Positions 58,423 through 64,000 of a stretch of 64,000 bases of DNA are shown here, piece after piece. The notes below the pieces were generated by a model. The model was not told the DNA's origin and did no database searches. It saw nothing but the letters and a program-made list of their open reading frames with translations. The stretch's first letter is position 1. Every line of letters starts with the position of its first letter. The stretch spans positions 928,001 to 992,000 of the forward strand of contig CAWBZV010000005.1 of the NCBI GenBank assembly GCA_963793305.1, written 5' to 3'. The translations under genes and the position numbers were made by a program. This stretch comes from an uncultured Gemmatimonadales bacterium. Lineage in GTDB: Bacteria > Gemmatimonadota > Gemmatimonadetes > Gemmatimonadales > Gemmatimonadaceae.

Positions 58423-59232
58423 CTAGTCCCTCTTCCCCCTCCGGTTATGCCAGTTGAGAAAACGCTGCATGTGGCCGTCTTGTACTTCGCTGGGAGAATG
58501 GATTTTCAGGCCCAACTTTTCGCGAACTTCCATCAACAGCGTGTTATGGCCGAATGGGTACATCTGCTCTTCAAAGAGGAGAGTGAATCCGCCACTCTGC
58601 TGGACCTCGTGTACGTAGGACTTCGGAGCAAACCTCATGATAAATAGCGGTGTGACTCGGAGGTGCTTACAAAGCTCGATCTTCGTGGACAGTTCCTCGC
58701 GCGGGATGTAGTTCTGCGTGTTCTTGACCTCCACCCCGTATTCCTGACTGTCCCTGGTGATAATGCGGTCGAGATTGTGATCGGTCTTGGTCCAGGTCAG
58801 GTCCTTCCACGTTCTGGTGTTCTTCGCCTCTGCCCGGAATCCATGTCGTCCGAGGGCGGCATCGAACATCAACTCGCCGTGCCGTCCTATCGCATGCGTA
58901 AAGTCTGGATGGAAGATGCGCTCCAGTAGGGTTGCGATCTCGCGTTGCTCGCGCTTCCAGTACCTGTGCTGCACGTGCGCGTAGAAGTGGACAGTCTTCT
59001 CTTGTACAACAAATGGGGCCCGTTGGATCTGTCGGCCTTGGGCCAGTTCCAGAAGCGCCTTGCCGGTGATCCAGTGAAAAAAGTCGCGTTCGAGGAAAGT
59101 TTCGATTTGCGTCGAGTAGAACAAACGCCGCGGCGAATTGTCGAAGAATGAGAGTAGGCGTGCAATCGCTTCGTCTATCGCCGGATCACGCCGGCGACGC
59201 TCTGGTTCTTCCTCGTATTCGTAATCGTGCAT
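58423..59232 (-). CDS. hypothetical protein, possible PD-(D/E)XK nuclease
   Basis: NLDRII...GVEVKN motif; visibly less GC-rich than flanks. Confidence 0.6.
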   Translation of the reverse strand: MHDYEYEEEPERRRRDPAIDEAIARLLSFFDNSPRRLFYSTQIETFLERDFFHWITGKALLELAQGRQIQRAPFVVQEKTVHFYAHVQHRYWKREQREIATLLERIFHPDFTHAIGRHGELMFDAALGRHGFRAEAKNTRTWKDLTWTKTDHNLDRIITRDSQEYGVEVKNTQNYIPREELSTKIELCKHLRVTPLFIMRFAPKSYVHEVQQSGGFTLLFEEQMYPFGHNTLLMEVREKLGLKIHSPSEVQDGHMQRFLNWHNRRGKRD

Positions 59233-59412
59233 CGCAGTTGGTTGGTTGTTGGCCGATCTCGCAGCCAGGTGAGCCTTGCCGTTCTAAGTCGGCATTGGAG
59301 GCTCCCCGCGATGTATGCGCCCGACGAATTCCGCTTCCCGGACGGTGGCCTGCGGGGCGAAGGCCCGGCGATTGTCCCATCCGACGCCCGGCGACTGTCT
59401 GACCGAAGACAG

Positions 59413-59524
<112 letters not shown>

Positions 59525-59581
59525 GAGAACAATAAGCATAGCGGCGTTGCGCTATCTTGCCAATCGAGGGGACTTTGAGCT

Positions 59582-60559
59582 ATGGCGATCATTCTGCCGC
59601 GACAGCGCTGGCAACCGGTTCGGAAAGGCGGACCAAGCGGTTTCATCGAGACACTGAGCGACGAGCTCAGACAATTCGAGATACAGCTGCCGAACCAATT
59701 TCCTGACCTGGCCAGAATGCCGTGAAGTCGTCATCGCGTCCGACTACGGTGGCCAGCACCAGGGGCCCACGTACCGGGCGTATACGTTCCTTGTCGCGGA
59801 TCTCGCTCAGTGGCGCGCTTTCGCCGGCGATCGGGACGCCGTGCGACGTCGCTATCTGCGGGCGGTCAGAGCCTGGAATTCAAGAAGATGCGTCGTGGTG
59901 ACGCGCGACTGAGCGCGCTCGAACCTTTCCTGGCCACTGTGGATCCTGTGCCGGGTGTCGTCGTGACAGTAGCGGTCGATAGGGGCCTCCATCATGTTAT
60001 CGGCGCTCCGACGCGTGACCAGCTCCGCCGAGCCGCTGGCCCTCCCGCACCTCCGGAGGCGGTGTTCGAGGACATGATCCGGGTATCGATGATCCTGACC
60101 GTTCTCATAGCGGGCTTGTCGAGGAACGGGCAAGAGGTCGTCTGGATCTCTGATAACGATCCGATCGTCGACACGCTCCAACGCGAGCGCCAAATCGACG
60201 CGCTCGTACGCTTGATGACTGGGCACTACGTCGAACACCCGATCGCGGGCGTGTATGCCGCTTCGACACGACAGCCCGGAGCGGAGGCGCTCTTCAAGCA
60301 TTTGCTGGAGATCCCGGACCTCGTGGCAGGCGCGCTTGGAGAGCTTCTGGATCGATATCACCACGCGGGGGTGACTTTGAGCGCCGTGTTGCAGACGGCA
60401 CCCGAGGGGATGTCGCCGAAAACGCGGATCGTCATGAACTGGTTGGCTGCGGACCGCCACGCGCTCAAGCGGTGGGTTTTCGCGATCGCGCCAGCGGCCG
60501 GTACTGCTGTGTCGGTCTCCCTCGTGCGCATGCACGGTACAGCTGATCTCGCCCGGTAG
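59582..60559 (+). CDS. hypothetical protein, possible RNase H-like (DUF3800-like); two frameshifts near 59714 and 59860
   Basis: GAGGGG RBS and ATG 59582; reconstructed VIASDYGG...FKKM...WISDND...IPDLVAG acidic motifs; could be a pseudogene. Confidence 0.5.
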
Positions 60560-60662
60560 CTCGCTACGGGTGCTGCGAACCCCCCCCGCCGGAGCTGCCG
60601 CTCGCCCGGGGCGTCGTGATCGGCGGACCGGCCGGCCTGGCACGGGCCGTAACTCGGTCGCG

Positions 60663-61781
60663 CTAGGGCCGGTGCCCGCCCGATGAGGACCCGCTCGGGG
60701 CACTCGGCGCGCTGGACGACTCGTGGCTCGACGCGGTGGAGGTCGGTGCACTGTAGCTCGGCGCGCTGTAGCTAGCGCGCGTGGCCGCCTCGTGATAGCT
60801 CGACGTATACCCAGAGCCGCCGCCAGTAGAGTACTCGACCCGCGGAGCCCCTTGCGACGAGAAGCCTCGCGAGACTGAGACTTCAGCCGTCGCAATGCGC
60901 CCGGTCGGCTCCATCACCAGCGCGGTAGTGCCGTGCACCGACCCGACGTTGCCATTCACGATCGCTCGCACCTCCTCGTGCGCCCCGCCGAGCATCGCGT
61001 TTCCCGATCTCGGTACCCACACGCTTCCGTACCGCACATACCCCAGCGCACGCGGCAGCTCAGTACCCGGCTCACCGTTGTGCGTGATCGCGTGCCACTG
61101 GTCCTTCGCGGCGTACCACCGCAACGCGCGTTGGTCGCCCCGGTCCAGCCGAGTGCCCGGTTTTGGCACGAGCTTCGGCGGCTTGTATCCCGGCGGCAGG
61201 AACTTCTTTTGCGTCGGCTTGCCCGGTTGCATCGCGAAAAATTGCCTGCCGGCCGCCAGAGCGTACCGCTGTCGCTCGAAGTGATGCTCCGAGTAGCAGT
61301 TGGCGAATCGCTCGTCGTCTTCGCGCGTGCGCTTGGGATCCTTGCTGACGATCGTCCTGCGTACGAGCGACAGTCGTCCGTCCTTGCACCGGAGTGAATC
61401 CAATCCAACCGTGTCAGCCGCGTACGCGTCGACCACGTTGGCGCCGGCGATCGCGTCATCGAGCGATCCCGTCAGATCGATCGGATCGTGCGAGGCGACC
61501 AGGTAGACCCGGTCATAGCCCGCGTCCCCCTGCGGCACGTACACATACCCACTCATCGGCACGCCTTCGAGCGCGGTCTGTTGATAGAGGACATCGGCAC
61601 CGTGCTCTTGCGTGGCGCCGATGACCGCGAAATTCGTCGGCTGATTCACCCAGAGGGCGAGCTGCCCGTCGACCGGCGGCAGCAGCATCGCGTCGATCTC
61701 CGCTGGCGCCGGCGCCGTCGTCAGACGGGACCCGGCGCACCCGAGGCACAGCAGCATCGCCAGCCACAACGCTCTCGGCAT
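60663..61781 (-). CDS. hypothetical lipoprotein with Ser-rich tail
   Basis: LCLG-C lipobox, GGAGG RBS, low-complexity C-terminus. Confidence 0.7.
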   Translation of the reverse strand: MPRALWLAMLLCLGCAGSRLTTAPAPAEIDAMLLPPVDGQLALWVNQPTNFAVIGATQEHGADVLYQQTALEGVPMSGYVYVPQGDAGYDRVYLVASHDPIDLTGSLDDAIAGANVVDAYAADTVGLDSLRCKDGRLSLVRRTIVSKDPKRTREDDERFANCYSEHHFERQRYALAAGRQFFAMQPGKPTQKKFLPPGYKPPKLVPKPGTRLDRGDQRALRWYAAKDQWHAITHNGEPGTELPRALGYVRYGSVWVPRSGNAMLGGAHEEVRAIVNGNVGSVHGTTALVMEPTGRIATAEVSVSRGFSSQGAPRVEYSTGGGSGYTSSYHEAATRASYSAPSYSAPTSTASSHESSSAPSAPSGSSSGGHRP

Positions 61782-61883
61782 CTAAACCTCCGTATACTGG
61801 CTATACGCGCGGCGCGAGAAATCGCTGTCGGCCATATTATCTCGTTATATTGTGACGGTTTACGCCCCTTAAGTGTCCACCTG

Positions 61884-62348
61884 ATGACGAAGGCTGAGAC
61901 CGACTCCGAACCGATTGCGCGAAACCGCCGTGCCCGCCACGACTACCACATTCTCGAAACGTGGGAGGCGGGGCTGGTGCTGACCGGTACCGAGGTCAAG
62001 GCGCTGCGCAACGGCAAGGCAACGATCTCGGATGCCTACGGTGTTGTGAACGGAGAGGAGGCGTTCCTTCTGAACCTCCACATCGGCCAGTACGACCAGG
62101 GTCATCAGTTCAATCACGAGCCGACCCGCACGCGCAAGCTGCTGCTGCACAAGAAGGAGATTCGCAAGATGATCGGGGCCGTCGAGCGGCAAGGACTGAC
62201 GCTGATCCCGCTCGACCTCTACTTCAAGCGCGGTCGAGCCAAGGTGCTCATCGGCTTGGCGCGAGGGAAGAAGCTCCACGACAAGCGCGCGGACGAGCGG
62301 CGTCGCGATGACGAACGCGAGATCGCGCGCGCGGTGCGCGTCCGGTGA
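61884..62348 (+). CDS. smpB: SsrA-binding protein
   Basis: NRRARHDY, EAGLVLTGTEVK, RKLLLHK, GKKLHDKR. Confidence 0.96.
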   Translation: MTKAETDSEPIARNRRARHDYHILETWEAGLVLTGTEVKALRNGKATISDAYGVVNGEEAFLLNLHIGQYDQGHQFNHEPTRTRKLLLHKKEIRKMIGAVERQGLTLIPLDLYFKRGRAKVLIGLARGKKLHDKRADERRRDDEREIARAVRVR

Positions 62349-63556
62349 TTCTGCATCTCGCCCTCTTGCTCCAGATCTCCTCGCTGTCGGTCAAGGCGGG
62401 AGGGGGAGAGACACAGGTCCCTGTCGAGGAGACCGAGGCGGGTCTCAGCATTCGCGCCGACCTCCTGGCGAGCGCGCTCGGCGGATCGACCAAGAAATTG
62501 GCGAACGATCACTACTCGGTTGCGCTCCCTGGCCTGACGCTGGTCGTGTCCGACCATAACCCGTTCGCCAAGGTCGACTCGGTCGTCGTGCCGCTTGGCG
62601 GCGAAGCGTACGTGTCCGCGGGGCACGTCTATCTCCCGTTCACCGTCGTCACCAATGTCGTGCCGCGCCTCGGCAGCGGCGTGCTCTATGACACGTCGCG
62701 GGTCGAGCTGCGCGTGTTCGGGTCGGTTCCAGTCCATCGCGGCTCGGGCAATGTGCTCGTCACCGATTCGACGGACCTCGAGGAGAGCGCGACGCCGGGT
62801 CGCCCGCACCTGGTCGTCGTCGATGCCGGCCATGGTGGGCCCGACAACGGAATGAGCGGTCCGATCGGGTCCTCGCACCCGATCTACGAGAAGGACATCA
62901 CCCTCGCGGTCGCACGAAAAGTCGCCTCGGCGCTCCATTCCCGCGGGATCGACGTGATCATGACGCGCACGCGGGATACGCTGATCGCCCTCTCCGATCG
63001 CGGGAAAATCGCCAACGAGCACCACGGCGATCTCTTTCTCTCGATCCACGTGAACGCCGCCAACCCCGAGTGGAAGGATCCAGCCGCGGCGCGCGGGTTC
63101 GAGACGTATTTTCTGGCCGAGGCCAAGACCGAGGACGCGAAGCGCGTGGCGCAGATGGAGAACGAGGCCGTCCGGTTCGAGACGAACGCGGATGGAACGA
63201 AGAACGACCCGCTCAACTTCATCTTGAACGACATGAAGCAGAATCAACACCTGCGCGAGTCGAGCGAGCTCGCCGATATCATCCAGCGGCGTCTGGCGAA
63301 GATTCATCCCGGGCCCGACCGCGGCGTAAAGCAGGCGGGGTTCCGCGTGCTGGTGACCGCGTACATGCCCGCGGTACTCGTCGAGATCGGCTTTGGCACG
63401 AACGCCGCCGAAGCGCGGTTCCTGAACAATCCGACCGATCAGCGGGCCATTGCCCAGTCGATCGCGGCCGCGACCGCCGCGTACCTGGCGCGCTACGAGC
63501 GCCGTGTTAGCGCTGGGCACACGGCGAGCGTGGCAACCGGAGCCGCACCGCAGTGA
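62345..63556 (+). CDS. N-acetylmuramoyl-L-alanine amidase (Amidase_3)
   Basis: DAGHGG, EKDITL, TRTRD, SIHVN, VLVEIGF. Confidence 0.93.
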   Translation: MILHLALLLQISSLSVKAGGGETQVPVEETEAGLSIRADLLASALGGSTKKLANDHYSVALPGLTLVVSDHNPFAKVDSVVVPLGGEAYVSAGHVYLPFTVVTNVVPRLGSGVLYDTSRVELRVFGSVPVHRGSGNVLVTDSTDLEESATPGRPHLVVVDAGHGGPDNGMSGPIGSSHPIYEKDITLAVARKVASALHSRGIDVIMTRTRDTLIALSDRGKIANEHHGDLFLSIHVNAANPEWKDPAAARGFETYFLAEAKTEDAKRVAQMENEAVRFETNADGTKNDPLNFILNDMKQNQHLRESSELADIIQRRLAKIHPGPDRGVKQAGFRVLVTAYMPAVLVEIGFGTNAAEARFLNNPTDQRAIAQSIAAATAAYLARYERRVSAGHTASVATGAAPQ

Positions 63557-64000
63557 CCGTCAGTCTCGCGGTTGAGGCCGCGGGGCTCCGCTTTCAGAAT
63601 CCTGTCTTACTCGCCTCCGGCACCGCTAGCTACGGGCGGGAGCTTGCCGGCGTCATGGACTTGGATCGACTCGGGGGCCTGGTCACCAAGGCCGTGAGCG
63701 TCGAGCCGCGCCTGGGCAATCCCGCGCCGAGGGTCGCCGAGTTTCCTGGCGGCATGCTGAACGCGATCGGGCTGGCGAACCCGGGCCTCGACGCCGTTCG
63801 ATCCGAGGCCCTCCCATGGCTCGCTCAGCACCTCCACTCGGCTCGGGTACTGGTGAACGTCGTCGGCAACGCAATCGACGACTTTGTCACTGTGGTGTCG
63901 GGCTTGACCAACTCGCAGGGGCTCGACGCATTCGAGCTCAACGTAAGCTGCCCGAATGTCCATTGCGGAGGATTGGAGTTCGGCGCCGACCCGCATATCC
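63553..64000 (+). CDS. pyrD: dihydroorotate dehydrogenase family 1 (5' part)
   Basis: Manual translation: NPVLLASGT, TKAVS, GNPAPR, MLNAIGLANPG, ELNVSCPNV. Confidence 0.93.
   Translation, partial: MTVSLAVEAAGLRFQNPVLLASGTASYGRELAGVMDLDRLGGLVTKAVSVEPRLGNPAPRVAEFPGGMLNAIGLANPGLDAVRSEALPWLAQHLHSARVLVNVVGNAIDDFVTVVSGLTNSQGLDAFELNVSCPNVHCGGLEFGADPHI

Noticed and set aside
61782..61883. tmRNA (ssrA) next to smpB
   Set aside because: The gap is too short and has no GGGG...CCACCA tRNA-like ends.

Overview
High-GC bacterial chromosomal segment; gene content and order suggest Gemmatimonadota (inference). About 70 CDSs and one tRNA-Leu(CAG). At least 11 single-base frameshifts, 10 of them +1 insertions, interrupt otherwise intact genes and look like sequencing errors. 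From left to right: the 5' end of a group 1h-type [NiFe]-hydrogenase small subunit; a sigma54-activator/lipoprotein/TPR operon; an ECF sigma factor and Ser/Thr kinase pair; a di-heme peroxidase; a cbb3-like oxidase module; pal; a Zn-metalloprotease; a peroxiredoxin; hsp20; two two-component systems; tonB-exbB-exbD-exbD; transporters and hppA; a namZ/kinase/SSS peptidoglycan-recycling cluster; ino1 with a CDP-alcohol phosphotransferase; 2-oxoacid dehydrogenase E1/E2; a redox operon (trxB, AhpD-like, aspA, Rrf2); a small islet around tRNA-Leu (orphan hcp, nuclease-like genes); smpB, an amidase and partial pyrD. The best candidate for a new system is 11654-16164. It contains a Tat-signal protein interrupted by an in-frame UGA followed by a SECIS-like hairpin (a candidate selenoprotein), translationally coupled to a CcoN/CcoO-like oxidase that lacks CcoP. 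The module sits behind a sigma54-like promoter and a palindromic operator that recurs at the pal promoter. No CRISPR, integrase or transposase was seen. All family assignments come from motif recognition by eye, not database searches.
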